This document shows positions 51,230-63,341 of a DNA stretch of 64,000 nt, in pieces (the stretch's first letter is position 1; each line of letters opens with the position of its first letter). The DNA comes from a bacterium (lineage in GTDB: Bacteria > SAR324 > NAC60-12). The notes beneath the pieces were generated by a model. That model did no database searches. It was given only the letters and a program-made list of their open reading frames with translations, and was not told the DNA's origin. The DNA lies in the NCBI GenBank assembly GCA_965209155.1, contig OZ242383.1:32001-96000 (forward strand), in the 5' to 3' direction. A program made the translations under genes and the position numbers.

Positions 51230-51601
51230 TTATTGATTTGAAAAACGTTTGTCATCTGAATACTTATCAAATATTTCATTGAAAATTCTGTTTAACTTAT
51301 AAAGATTTTCTTTTTCATTGATTGGGATTACATCTCCTTCTGCTACAAATTCAATATTTTCATTTATTAGTTTAAGTATAGCTTCCTTTTTTCTGTCTTC
51401 TTGAGGTAATAAATAATCCTGATGAATTGCAAGTACTATTGGAACAAGTAACCCAATAATTGAATATAGAGAATAATGATCTTGCTTCTCTTCATTATTT
51501 TTCTTCTTAAGAATTTCTTCAAATTGATGAAATTCAATATCAATATTATCTTTACTGACTTTCATTGATTGTCTTTTCCAGCTTTTTTCTTCCATTTTCA
51601 A
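51230..51601 (-). CDS. Hypothetical single-TM protein (AT-rich)
   Basis: 123 aa, RBS AGGAG, one hydrophobic helix. Confidence 0.5.
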   Translation of the reverse strand: MKMEEKSWKRQSMKVSKDNIDIEFHQFEEILKKKNNEEKQDHYSLYSIIGLLVPIVLAIHQDYLLPQEDRKKEAILKLINENIEFVAEGDVIPINEKENLYKLNRIFNEIFDKYSDDKRFSNQ

Positions 51602-51881
51602 TCTCCTAATATTTTGTTAATAACCTGCCTTTCAGCAGGATCAATTATTAAATCCAACGTCTTCTTAATTTCATTTCATTATATATCTCCTGAAAGAATG
51701 GATTCTATTCGTGATATTTAAAATTCATGTTTAAAGTTCCCAATTTATTATATAATTGTCAAGATAAAAAATAACTTTCTTACTTTTGATTATTCTTGAA
51801 ACGTTATCAAGTTTAAATTCTGAAAAATAAAAAAATGCAAAAAAATTAAAAAAACACGCAAAAAAGTGTTGACAAGTTGCC

Positions 51882-52397
51882 TATTCCGTTCTGAATGAAC
51901 AGTGAATCCGAAGGCTTTGGAAACTTGCTCCGAAGTTTAATGAACACTCTATCAGTATTGAATGGATAACTTTCGGAGCGAAGCGACGCTATTCTCAGTT
52001 TTTAATAAATTAACCTTTTTTTTTTCTGACTTCGTCAACTTAGAATTTTTCTTTCTCACGGAGTCTCCTTTCATATTGAGTTGATAAGCATTATGAACGA
52101 GCCTGTCGAGAATGGCATCGGCCAAGGTCGGATCGCCGATCACTTCATGCCAATGCTCAATGGGCAGTTGAGAGACGAGAAGGGTGGATTTTAATCCATA
52201 TCGGTCTTCAAGAATCTCTAATAAATCTTTGCGTCCCTGGGTATTGAAGGTCGATAGTCCCCAATCATCGAGGATGATCAAATCGATTTTGGCCAGGGCA
52301 TCGATCGATTTAGCATAACTGCCTGCCCCTCTGGCCATCGTCAATTCTTGAAACAGCCTGGGGATCCTAAGATACTTCACTTTGAATCCATTCAAAC
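51882..52397 (-). mobile_element. istB: IS21-family remnant (istB 3' half)
   Basis: [46 protein letters not shown]; cut by a second IS21. Confidence 0.88.
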
Positions 52398-54461
52398 TGT
52401 TGATGGCAGTAGTAAAGTATACCAAAAACGGCAATTTGGAAGTTTACCACGTAGTTAAGTGGGCAGAGGAGTAGGTTGAGTATTGAGCGACAAGGTGCAG
52501 TGATGTGATGTGGCCTCATACCTTTAAAACAGCGGATGGAAGGGGCTATATGCCTTTTTCATTTTTTTCTTTTATTTCTACGATAGCTTTCTCCTTCTAA
52601 AATGATAACCTCCGAATTCATTACCAGTCGATCTGCAATGGCAGTGGCCACAGTGGTCGAATCAAAGAGATTCCCCCATTGGGCAAAAGGCAGGTTTGTG
52701 GTGAGAAAAGTTGATTTTCTCTGATGCCTGCGACTAATGACCTGGAAAAAGAGGCTGCTTCCTTGTTGATCCAGTGGCAGATAACCGATCTCATCGCAGA
52801 GGAGGAGGTCCGGTTCGGTGTAATGGCTGAGTTTTTTGACCAGGGAATGGTCCGATTCGGCAGCAATCAAATGGTTAATCATGTCGGTTGCTGTGGTAAA
52901 TAAAGTGCGCATGGCGTTCTGAGTGGCCTCGTATGTCAGGCATAGAGCCAAGTGGGTTTTTCCCACTCCTGGATTGCCAATCAGAATCACATCCTCGCTA
53001 TTCTTGATAAAGTCCAATTGCATCAATTGTAAAATTCTGCCTTTGTTCTTTTTTCGAGAGGGGTGGTGGGCAAAATCAAAGCTCTCGTTTGAAAAATCGC
53101 TTCAAAATGTTGGCAAAGGCCACTTAGATGGAGGCTCTGACATTGTTTTTTTATTTTTTCACTCATCTCTCCTCCTTCTTTCTCTGCAGGACGAGGGCAT
53201 CATATTCGGCCAGCGAATGCGGGGTGAGGCGGATATGATTTAAGCTTTCTTGTTTCAAAACCACTGGAGGTTGATGGGAGACGGGCCTCATTTCCTGGTA
53301 GAGGATATTTTTGACATAATCGAGGCCAAAAGCGTGGTGATGGATAGCTTTTTCAAGGGCAATGACTAAAGAGTCTAAGCCGTATTGCTCTAAAAGTTTG
53401 AGCAGTTGTTGAATCGTCTTTTGTAAAGCCATCCCTGATTGATTGATGCCCTCCAGAAAGGTTTGGCAACAAGGAGCCAATGAAAGAAAATAAACACAGT
53501 CCGGATGCGGGAGAGGGGAGCGTTTTTGAGGGTTTCGATGTTTGGGATTTTCCAGCCGTTGTTTGCGTTGCCAAGATCTTAAATGATGGGCCACACGGCG
53601 CTCTTTAATAAAGAGCAAGACCTCATATTGGTCGGCTTTGAGGGTGAGCCGGTGTCCTAATGTCCAGTCGGGTACGGAATAATAATTTGAATCGAAGGCC
53701 ACGGTGGCATCGGCTAAGACAGTCACACGGCGGGTCAGATAACAATCGGGCAAGCAAGGGGGCAAGGCTCGAAGCGTTTGAGGTTGAAAGCGTTCAAGGG
53801 CATAAAGGTTTCGCTGGGTTTGTCCATAGCTGAGTTTGCCAAAAAAACCCCAATCGATTTGGAGAGGAATTTGACGCGTCCATCTTTGCAATTAAATTCT
53901 CATCGGAGGAGGCGATAAGGCAGAATTGATAAGGGATGGACGCGTCCGTCTTTGCAATCGGCACTGTAACCTGGATCGCTGGCTAACTTTTCACGCTCCC
54001 AATTCGTCTTGCGCGCACGCTGACACCTCTTCAGGCTGCAGTAACTTTGCTCCTTGTTTTGAGGGCGGCGGAGGAAAAATTGGTGGCAGTTGATGCATCT
54101 ACCTGTTTGCATAGGATCTCCTGTTGATGCTTTGAGGGGCTTCCTTCAAGAAAAACTTGTCTTACAGGAATTTGACTCAAAGTATCAAAGAAATCACTGC
54201 CTCCCACTCAAATGAAAAAGAAAAATGACCAAGTAGAACAACTTATTACACCATTGCTCGCTCCATGTTGGATTCAGCTCTCAGAGGAAGGAAGAACAAG
54301 CAAGAGAAAGAAAATAGAGAGGAAAACTAAATTTATTGATTGGAAAGTAAAGGAATAGAAGAAAAAACGAGGCAAAGTAAAAAATAGTAAAAAAACATCC
54401 GCTAACTATTGGCTATCATTCAAGTCGCCACACTTGGTTAAGTTTTACAGTGGCGTTAACA
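52398..54461 (-). mobile_element. Degenerate IS21-family element (Cys-rich small ORF 53900-54112, istA remnant 53163-53891, istB 52559-~53160)
   Basis: TGT..ACA ends (tgttgatggcag / gtggcgttaaca); FDSNYYSVP (IstA); GNPGVGKTHLA, LLLCDEIGYLP, TTNLPF.QW (IstB). Confidence 0.88.
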
Positions 54462-57400
54462 CTCACCGAAGCGAGGGGAGACCCAGCCTCGGTTCCCAAA
54501 CATAAAGGCATTTCTAGTTTCAATCCGCTCCCCTCACCGAAGCGAGGGGAGACCAAGTTTTAACAGTTGAGCGCCACTCTTTGCGTTGTTTCAATCCGCT
54601 CCCCTCACCGAAGCGAGGAGAGACGCTATAATATCTGCGGCAAATAACCTGTTTTTGAAGTTTCAATCCACTCCCCTCACCGAAGCGAGGGGAGACATAT
54701 CGCTCTCCTAAAAACAAGGTACATAAAAAAGTTTCAATCCACTCCCCTCACCGAAGCGAGGGGAGACGCTATCCCCGTTTTAGTCATTCGATATTTTAAT
54801 TGTTTCAATCCACTCCCCTCACCGAAGCGAGGGGAGACTGGGCTAATGGTGTTCTTGTGATTCTATTCTGGAGTTTCAATCCACTCCCCTCACCGAAGCG
54901 AGGGGAGACCTCTGAAAAGGGGCTTGCTGTTCGTGGTGAAAAATGTTTCAATCCACTCCCCTCACCGAAGCGAGGGGAGACTAATGTCAACCTGGATCTT
55001 TCGGCCACTCTTATCGTGTTTCAATCCGCTCCCCTCACCGAAGCGAGGGGAGACCGTTGATGCCGACGTCACTTAACCTAAGAACCATGTTTCAATCCGC
55101 TCCCCTCACCGAAGCGAGGGGAGACGGGGTATAAGCGCCGTATGCCGTCCTGAGGATGGGTTTCAATCCGCTCCCCTCACCGAAGCGAGGGGAGACGCAT
55201 CGGGGAGGCGATCTTGCTGATCGTGAGCGTAGTTTCAATCCGCTCCCCTCACCGAAGCGAGGGGAGACTCGACGTGCAGGATTTCGGCTTCGTTGTCCTC
55301 ATAGTTTCAATCCGCTCCCCTCACCGAAGCGAGGGGAGACCAAGACCGATTTGGCACGCTACTACGGACATTTCCCGTTTCAATCCGCTCCCCTCACCGA
55401 AGCGAGGGGAGACATCAGGGAATGCTTGATGTTATCTATAAAATAGAGTTTCAATCCGCTCCCCTCACCGAAGCGAGGGGAGACTGGTAGAAGCCATTTT
55501 CCTTTCGGAGCATGTCCATGTTTCAATCCGCTCCCCTCACCGAAGCGAGGGGAGACTGAAAACCATACGCGAACAACTGCATTACATAAAGTTTCAATCC
55601 GCTCCCCTCACCGAAGCGAGGGGAGACTTAAAGTGTAGTGAAAATGGAAACGCAAGCGGAAGGTTTCAATCCGCTCCCCTCACCGAAGCGAGGGGAGACT
55701 TCAATGATTTGTGGACATTCACGCGGTGATACTGGTTTCAATCCGCTCCCCTCACCGAAGCGAGGGGAGACTCAATACAGTCTGTTTTGTCAGTGCGGAT
55801 ATTTGCAGTTTCAATCCGCTCCCCTCACCGAAGCGAGGGGAGACTCCTCCGATTTGTACCTTCCTTCTCTTTATTCAGAGTTTCAATCCGCTCCCCTCAC
55901 CGAAGCGAGGGGAGACTCCAACATATCAAAAACACAATCCGTAGTCTTGAGGTTTCAATCCGCTCCCCTCACCGAAGCGAGTGGAGACCGATCAATTCCC
56001 TGGGATCATCAAACAGGAATGTAGTTTCAATCCGCTCCCCTCACCGAAGCGAGGGGAGACTAATTGCATCGATCAATTGAGTAACATTCGCGAGGTTTCA
56101 ATCCGCTCCCCTCACCGAAGCGAGGGGAGACCGTAGTAAATCGAATCCGCAACAATCTTTTTCAAGTTTCAATCCGCTCCCCTCACCGAAGCGAGGGGAG
56201 ACCCGTAAGGAACGTGGGCTTAAGGGGCGTTTGACTGGTTTCAATCCGCTCCCCTCACCGAAGCGAGGGGAGACCTGTCATGAGGCAAAAGCTTAACTCA
56301 TCTGATAAGTTTCAATCCGCTCCCCTCACCGAAGCGAGGGGAGACCTGATTGAAGTCAAGATTGATGACTGGTTCAATCATGTTTCAATCCGCTCCCCTC
56401 ACCGAAGCGAGGGGAGACTTGGCTCAAAATTGTATCAGGTGACAAGTATTCAAGTTTCAATCCGCTCCCCTCACCGAAGCGAGGGGAGACATATTGCCGC
56501 TCGGTAGGAAATAAAAAAGCCATGAGTTTCAATCCGCTCCCCTCACCGAAGCGAGGGGAGACCTTCAACATCCAGACCTACGAGGGAACGTGGACTGTTT
56601 CAATCCGCTCCCCTCACCGAAGCGAGGGGAGACGCTGTTGCCGTCGTTATCCGTCACGGTCAGCCTGGTTTCAATCCGCTCCCCTCACCGAAGCGAGGGG
56701 AGACATTTTGGGAGTGGTCGATGTCGGTTCCCTTACCGGGTTTCAATCCGCTCCCCTCACCGAAGCGAGGGGAGACTTAACAGAAAATGGAGAACCATAG
56801 ACAAACTGCTGGTTTCAATCCGCTCCCCTCACCGAAGCGAGGGGAGACAGTAAGCTCCCGCCTTATGGCCTGGCGGTCATCAGTTTCAATCCGCTCCCCT
56901 CACCGAAGCGAGGGGAGACGCGACGGCATAGCTGTTTGGCACGTCCGCAACACTGTTTCAATCCGCTCCCCTCACCGAAGCGAGGGGAGACCCATCTTTC
57001 CGGGCTCTGGCGGCCCTTTTAAATAGTTTCAATCCGCTCCCCTCACCGAAGCGAGGGGAGACATCGAACAGGCGGTCGCCCTCGGGGACGATTTCGAGTT
57101 TCAATCCGCTCCCCTCACCGAAGCGAGGGGAGACTCACCCGGGTTCGTGCGGATCCCCTACTACGCCATGTTTCAATCCGCTCCCCTCACCGAAGCGAGG
57201 GGAGACATCTCATCTTTAAGCATCAAGACGATCGAATACATGTTTCAATCCGCTCCCCTCACCGAAGCGAGGGGAGACCCCATAATGAGAGGATTTAATC
57301 ATGGCCAGCAGTGTTTCAATCCGCTCCCCTCACCGAAGCGAGGGGAGACTCAGCAAAATTATGTTCAATCCAAAGCCCGGATCTGTTTCAATCCGCTCCC

Positions 57401-59500
57401 CTCACCGAAGCGAGGGGAGACGAATCAGATCAAGGAACTGACAATCCTACTTACCAGTTTCAATCCGCTCCCCTCACCGAAGCGAGGGGAGACGCAATAC
57501 AAAAAAGATTTGACCCCGACGGGCTTGTGTTTCAATCCGCTCCCCTCACCGAAGCGAGGGGAGACGCAACTACAATAACCGCATCACCATTAATTCCTGA
57601 GTTTCAATCCGCTCCCCTCACCGAAGCGAGGGGAGACGAGGAGCTCCGAGGCGGGAAACGTGATGAATTGGGTTTCAATCCGCTCCCCTCACCGAAGCGA
57701 GGGGAGACTCAAATAGCAATATTGAATGAGTTGACTGAATTGGTTTCAATCCGCTCCCCTCACCGAAGCGAGGGGAGACGCTATAAAGAAGCTAGTAAGT
57801 AACTTGGTTTATCAGTTTCAATCCGCTCCCCTCACCGAAGCGAGGGGAGACTCATTTAACCATGCCACAATGTTGCGCCTATACTGTTTCAATCCGCTCC
57901 CCTCACCGAAGCGAGGGGAGACAAGAAGTGAAAGGGGAAAAGGATGATGGTAAAAAGTTTCAATCCGCTCCCCTCACCGAAGCGAGGGGAGACTTATGGG
58001 TAACAGTATCATATGTTTGATTTATCAAGTTTCAATCCGCTCCCCTCACCGAAGCGAGGGGAGACTCAGTCTGTCGGGTTCGATATCGCTGTTGTTTTTC
58101 GTTTCAATCCGCTCCCCTCACCGAAGCGAGGGGAGACACAATCGTATTTTAAGTAAGAAACTTACAACGATGTTTCAATCCGCTCCCCTCACCGAAGCGA
58201 GGGGAGACTTCGGCAATGCCTCCGTATCCCCTTCCATGTAGTAGTTTCAATCCGCTCCCCTCACCGAAGCGAGGGGAGACGTCTAGAAAATCAACAGGCG
58301 GACGTTTGATATAACGTTTCAATCCGCTCCCCTCACCGAAGCGAGGGGAGACATGAAGAATATGAAACATGAATTTGAAACAAGTGGTTTCAATCCGCTC
58401 CCCTCACCGAAGCGAGGGGAGACTTCCAAACTCGGATAGGTCAGCCTATCCCATCGAGTTTCAATCCGCTCCCCTCACCGAAGCGAGGGGAGACATCCGG
58501 ATTTTCACTTATGCCCAACCGTTTTGCCAGTTTCAATCCGCTCCCCTCACCGAAGCGAGGGGAGACTTGTATAAACCGGTTGGAGATTGGAAACGGTATC
58601 TTGTTTCAATCCGCTCCCCTCACCGAAGCGAGGGGAGACCCGTGATGTTGATCGTGTCCCCCTTGTTTCCGTTTGTTTCAATCCGCTCCCCTCACCGAAG
58701 CGAGGGGAGACCTAATTCGGATTTTTTCATAAGTCCTCTTGGTGAGTTTCAATCCGCTCCCCTCACCGAAGCGAGGGGAGACCGTATTCCAGGGCTCGCT
58801 CCAGTTCGTACTGCCGGTTTCAATCCGCTCCCCTCACCGAAGCGAGGGGAGACTATTCCCGTTGTTCCTCCCGAAAGCCTGAGAAAGGTTTCAATCCGCT
58901 CCCCTCACCGAAGCGAGGGGAGACAAAATATCCAAAGATATGACTGACACAAGATAACCGTTTCAATCCGCTCCCCTCACCGAAGCGAGGGGAGACTGAA
59001 TTGGATATTGATTAATGTCTCCAATAATAGGTTTCAATCCGCTCCCCTCACCGAAGCGAGGGGAGACGGAAGTACATTAACAGGATATTATGTACAGTGG
59101 AAGTTTCAATCCGCTCCCCTCACCGAAGCGAGGGGAGACACAACTGCTTTAGCACAATCAATTTTACTGAGATGTTTCAATCCGCTCCCCTCACCGAAGC
59201 GAGGGGAGACTCGATCAAATAATCCTGATCCACAAGCCTATCAGTGTTTCAATCCGCTCCCCTCACCGAAGCGAGGGGAGACCAGGCTTCAAACGTTGAC
59301 TGCACATTCCTGAAACTAGTTTCAATCCGCTCCCCTCACCGAAGCGAGGGGAGACTTAATCAGTAACCGGGCTTCAATATCAGGTGAGACAGTTTCAATC
59401 CGCTCCCCTCACCGAAGCGAGGGGAGACTTTATCTAATAGTCAAGTTTTTTGTGTGTTAATTCGTTTCAATCCGCTCCCCTCACCGAAGCGAGGGGAGAC
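54462..59500 (-). CRISPR. CRISPR array: about 70 full 37-bp repeats plus one truncated repeat, ~34-36-bp spacers
   Basis: Repeat GTTTCAATCCGCTCCCCTCACCGAAGCGAGGGGAGAC on +; transcribed form GTCTCCCCTCGCTTCGGTGAGGGGAGCGGATTGAAAC; manual count. Confidence 0.98.
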
Positions 59501-59680
59501 GCTGGTTGCAAAAACCAGCAAAATATCAAGAAGTTATAACAATAAATGCGCGATCCGGTCAAATTATTTCCGATTTACCTTTCTTCGATTTTCAAAGAGC
59601 ACCGTAAGCTATTGTTTTGCAAAGGGTTTCTGGTCGTGCGAAAGCAAGGGTATAATTCCGTCACTCTAGCTTCGCGGGGG
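59501..59680 (-). promoter_or_regulatory. CRISPR leader
   Basis: Non-coding, AT-rich, between cas2 and the first repeat; repeat variants lie at the opposite end. Confidence 0.8.
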
Positions 59681-59971
59681 CTATAAAATCAGTGGAGCGT
59701 TCAGGTCTACGGGTTTTTTGACACCATGGTGTTCAGCTTTGTTTCTGGCGTCTTCATCCAGATGATAAAACCTGAGAGAATCCTGTTCAGGGTCGAATTC
59801 CTTCAAGAGACGGATTTTAAGCGCCGCCCATTCCGTTTTTCCCACCTGACATTCAAATAGCGATTTTTGAACACGGACCCCATAGTCCTCGCATGCTCTT
59901 GCCACTCGTCGCAGCCGTTTTTGTCCGGATTTATCGACCGTGGAAACGTCGTATGCGATCAGGATAAACAT
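59681..59971 (-). CDS. cas2: Cas2
   Basis: LIAYDVST....G.KRLRRVA.AC..YG.RVQKSLFEC, DSLRFY. Confidence 0.97.
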   Translation of the reverse strand: MFILIAYDVSTVDKSGQKRLRRVARACEDYGVRVQKSLFECQVGKTEWAALKIRLLKEFDPEQDSLRFYHLDEDARNKAEHHGVKKPVDLNAPLIL

Positions 59972-61032
59972 TACTTTGGAATAAATGGAATGTAATCGGG
60001 AATATCACCACGCAGTTTGCGGGCCAGCAATTTGGCTTGGATACTGAACACCTGACCTAAACGAATATTTTGCTTGAACAAGGCATGTTTTATTTCAGTT
60101 TGCTTGCGTTGTTGCCATGCCTGGATGACGCTTTTCCTGCCCCGGTCGGTGAATTCGACGGCACCGCCCTCTCGTTCGCGGAAATGGCTGGAGTCGATTT
60201 GACGACGGTTGATCAGGGTCAATGCCAACCTCTCCGCCAGGCAAGGTCGGAACTCCTCCATCAAATCCAAGGCGCAGGCAGGTCTTCCGGCACGCGTCGC
60301 ATGGAGCCATCCGACGTACGGGTCCAGTCCGGCAGTAGTCAAAGCGGCCAGACAATCATGACGTACCAAGGCATAGATGAAGGATAGAAGACAGTTGATC
60401 CGGTCCCGTGGTGGACGCCGGGTACGGGTTACGAACTTGAAATCTTCTCGTTGTTGTTTGAGCATATATTGGAATACCGAAAAATAGATCCTGGCACCCA
60501 GCCCTTCCATTCCTCTAATGGGATCAAGCGCGTCCCGGAGCCCGCAACCTTGGGCGAGTTCCGGCGCATCGTCGAATTGACGGATCAGTCGGGCGAGTTC
60601 ATCAGCCGCTCCCGCCAGCTTCTCACGGTCTGAAAAATCTCCGGCTTCCCGGGAGGATCGTAAAAGGTTGGAACGCGCGTTTTGCAGCTTCCCGACAACG
60701 AATTGCCATGCAATCCGTGATGCGTCCTCCGGGTTGTCTGCCGTAGTATATTGAGCACGTCGCAGCAAGTAGCGGGTGTCTCCACTTCCCAAGACCTGAG
60801 CCAACAAGTAACCGTTTTCCGTGTGATAATGCACCGATACCTGATGCTCCCAGCACAGAGCCATAGCCGGAGGCGTGACCACGACTTGTCCAAAAATACA
60901 AATGCTTTCCAAGTGATGGATGGGAACAGTCAGACGGGTTTTCTTTTCGATTTCGATCCGGAGGGTGAGATGGTCTCTAACCACCACGGTTCCCGGTGTT
61001 GTCAGGTAAAGGACGTTTTGGATGACTGCCAT
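59971..61032 (-). CDS. cas1: Cas1, type I-C
   Basis: NVLYLTTPG, PIHHLESI, RGMEG.GAR.YF, RTRRPPRD.IN.LLSF.Y, ALDLMEEFR. Confidence 0.97.
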   Translation of the reverse strand: MAVIQNVLYLTTPGTVVVRDHLTLRIEIEKKTRLTVPIHHLESICIFGQVVVTPPAMALCWEHQVSVHYHTENGYLLAQVLGSGDTRYLLRRAQYTTADNPEDASRIAWQFVVGKLQNARSNLLRSSREAGDFSDREKLAGAADELARLIRQFDDAPELAQGCGLRDALDPIRGMEGLGARIYFSVFQYMLKQQREDFKFVTRTRRPPRDRINCLLSFIYALVRHDCLAALTTAGLDPYVGWLHATRAGRPACALDLMEEFRPCLAERLALTLINRRQIDSSHFREREGGAVEFTDRGRKSVIQAWQQRKQTEIKHALFKQNIRLGQVFSIQAKLLARKLRGDIPDYIPFIPK

Positions 61033-61245
61033 GCTGAGTCGTTTTTCATCTTCCAGTTCATGAATCGAACAATTTCTGTGCAGCCGTATCGAACACGTTG
61101 CGACATGCCTGTAGAAATATCAGCGGAGCGTTAGCGATCTCAGGCAGACCGAGGTAGTCTATGAAGAGTGCAAACGCGAAACTCTCCGGTTTAACAGTAT
61201 CTGAAGCACTGGTGGGGATGAGTTGCATATTCTTATATGGACTTA

Positions 61246-61638
61246 CTACCGTGGAAAATAATTTTTAACACCCGTCGATTTCAGCAGAACGGCCGGCAGT
61301 CGCTTCAGTTCTTCGTTGCGCGGGTCCACTTCGAATCCGCCAGATTCCAATGCGGTGACGCCGAGTAAGGGTTCCGCCCCTTTATCACCATAGACGATAG
61401 TGCCGCCAACGACCTCTCCCTTGAACTCGATCTCGGCGACGGTGATGTCCAAGGCGACGCGCTTGCCATCCGCAAGCACGTACTCGCGACGCCCTCTCGA
61501 TTCCAGACCAATCTCTTCGAGACACTCCCTTGGTACGAGCGAGTCGAACGCGCCTGTGTCAACCAGGAACTTTCCCGTCCAACTTCTCCGTCGATCTGCA
61601 GGATTGCGAATGGTTACGTCAACGTAAGTCGCGCCCAT
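61246..61638 (-). CDS. Clan AA (retropepsin-like) aspartyl protease
   Basis: MGATYVDVTIRNP, FLVDTGA, LADG, PLLGVTALE..G.EVDP. Confidence 0.85.
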   Translation of the reverse strand: MGATYVDVTIRNPADRRRSWTGKFLVDTGAFDSLVPRECLEEIGLESRGRREYVLADGKRVALDITVAEIEFKGEVVGGTIVYGDKGAEPLLGVTALESGGFEVDPRNEELKRLPAVLLKSTGVKNYFPR

Positions 61639-61681
61639 GCTGGTTTTTCTTTCCCGTCGGTGGATAATTGCATTAAAATCT

Positions 61682-62320
61682 CTAATCAGCCGTATTGAAA
61701 ACGCTCCGGTATGCCTGCGCCAGTATTGGCGGTGAACTGGTGATTTCAGGCATACAGTGGTCAAAAAGCGAGCACTGCGAACACTGGGGTTTATGAACGG
61801 CATTTGGAACCGCTTCCTCTTCGATAAGCCGGTGCACGGCTTCAATTGTCTTTTCTGTAAAGCGACGCAAGTCTTCAGTAAATACCACCTCCCGGCGACG
61901 TTTGCTGTTGGCGTGGAAAATGGCTCCATGGTGAATGTCCCGACCGAACATTTCTTCAAGGCACAGGGCCTGAGCGCACAGTTGGGCGTCGTCATTGTCG
62001 AACTTGCGGCGCCTGCCCTTTTTGAACTCGACCGGAACCAACGAATCATCGGGATGTCGTTCGACGACATCACATTTGCCGCTGAGCCCGAGTCGCTCCG
62101 ACCAGACGGGCAAAGCGCGTAGCAAAGTCACACCCCTGACGGTTTCGTAGCCAGGAACGTCAGCCTGTTCGTGGACTTGTCTTCCTACCAGGGTATGTTC
62201 ATTATCGCTAAAAATACCTTCAACCTGAATCAAAGCCGCACGACGTGGGCAATAAAGGTACTGGTTTATGGCAGAGAGTGGGATGATGTTCTCTCCACCA
62301 TCGAGTTCAACATTGTTCAT
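61682..62320 (-). CDS. cas4: Cas4
   Basis: LSAINQYLYCPRR, GKCDVVE, PVEFKKG, QLCAQALCLEEM, CSQCSL...C. Confidence 0.95.
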   Translation of the reverse strand: MNNVELDGGENIIPLSAINQYLYCPRRAALIQVEGIFSDNEHTLVGRQVHEQADVPGYETVRGVTLLRALPVWSERLGLSGKCDVVERHPDDSLVPVEFKKGRRRKFDNDDAQLCAQALCLEEMFGRDIHHGAIFHANSKRRREVVFTEDLRRFTEKTIEAVHRLIEEEAVPNAVHKPQCSQCSLFDHCMPEITSSPPILAQAYRSVFNTAD

Positions 62321-62370
62321 GACGCGTCCCAAGTTCGGTCATCTTCCCTTATCCAAGCAAAGAAAAGCAA

Positions 62371-63318
62371 CTATTCATGAAGCTTGTGCAAGCACACGCC
62401 AGCGGGTTTTTCGGTGTTATCCCACTCGCAGATTATTTCATAATCGATGAAGGATTGAGGGAATTCCACTCCATCTCTCAGTTTCACCTTGACTCTCTCG
62501 AAGAGCTTGTGGGCATGGGCGCAGCCGAGGCGGGCTTCGCGTTTGTTTTGCCCGGCGTTGTTTTCATGTTGGGTACCGACATGCTCAAAGTCATAGATTC
62601 CACGCACCACCATTTCGCCTCGGGCAGCGGAGCGGTCATGCTCAAACATGTGGTTGAGCGCATCGAATAGGACTTTCAGGTCGGTGTTGGTGAAACCGGT
62701 ACGCTCGGCGAATGCGGGCGAGATGTAAACCTTGGCTGCGTAGAGAGCGTAGGGGACGATGTGTTTGTCTCCCATAGTGCGTTCCTTCTTGGCATCTTCT
62801 TCTTTAGTGACGGCCATGCGAGTGATTGAGATCTCCAGCGGTGTGATGGAATGGTACGACTGGCCAAAGGTAAACTGTACTGGGCCACGCACTTGGCCCC
62901 AAGCGGAGCCTTTCATGATATCGGAACCTGTAGAGAGTACACCACCGAATGTTCGCACGTCAAAGAATTCGCGGCACAGCCATTTCATGGCAGCTTCTTG
63001 TTTTTGAGGATCCGAAGCACTCGAAGGCAAACTCTTGCCACTTTTATTGATGCCATTGTCGATCTCGTTGTTGAGTACGGCCCCCTGCTTTACAAGCAAA
63101 TTGTAGCCGTTGGCATCGTCCCCAGCCCGCTCGGGCGGGAACATCTCAACGAAGTTGCGCACCTTGCGCTTGAGGCATACATCGGAGACGATACCGCGGT
63201 TAGTGTTCGGGTCGAGGCGAGGCATATTGCCCATGTCTGGGTCGCCGTTAGGATTGCCATTCGTGACCTCGAAGAGTAACAGAATGTCGTGGCGGTTTGT
63301 CAGGATATTTGTGTTCAT
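62371..63318 (-). CDS. cas7: Cas7/Csd2, type I-C
   Basis: NGNPNGDPD.GN.PR, SDVCLKRKVRN, FFDVRTFG, GQVRGPVQ, MFEHDRSAARG. Confidence 0.96.
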   Translation of the reverse strand: MNTNILTNRHDILLLFEVTNGNPNGDPDMGNMPRLDPNTNRGIVSDVCLKRKVRNFVEMFPPERAGDDANGYNLLVKQGAVLNNEIDNGINKSGKSLPSSASDPQKQEAAMKWLCREFFDVRTFGGVLSTGSDIMKGSAWGQVRGPVQFTFGQSYHSITPLEISITRMAVTKEEDAKKERTMGDKHIVPYALYAAKVYISPAFAERTGFTNTDLKVLFDALNHMFEHDRSAARGEMVVRGIYDFEHVGTQHENNAGQNKREARLGCAHAHKLFERVKVKLRDGVEFPQSFIDYEIICEWDNTEKPAGVCLHKLHE

Positions 63319-63341
63319 GGGGTCAGTACTCCTTGTTGTAA

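Noticed and set aside
54483..59463. Self-targeting or duplicated spacers
   Set aside because: None noticed by eye; a BLAST of the spacers is needed, so no claim is made
54520..59669. Numerous ORFs across the array
   Set aside because: Artefacts of repeat translation
61639..62073. Long N-terminal extension of the protease ORF (275 aa)
   Set aside because: Overlaps cas4 in another frame; family similarity starts at MGATYV (61638)
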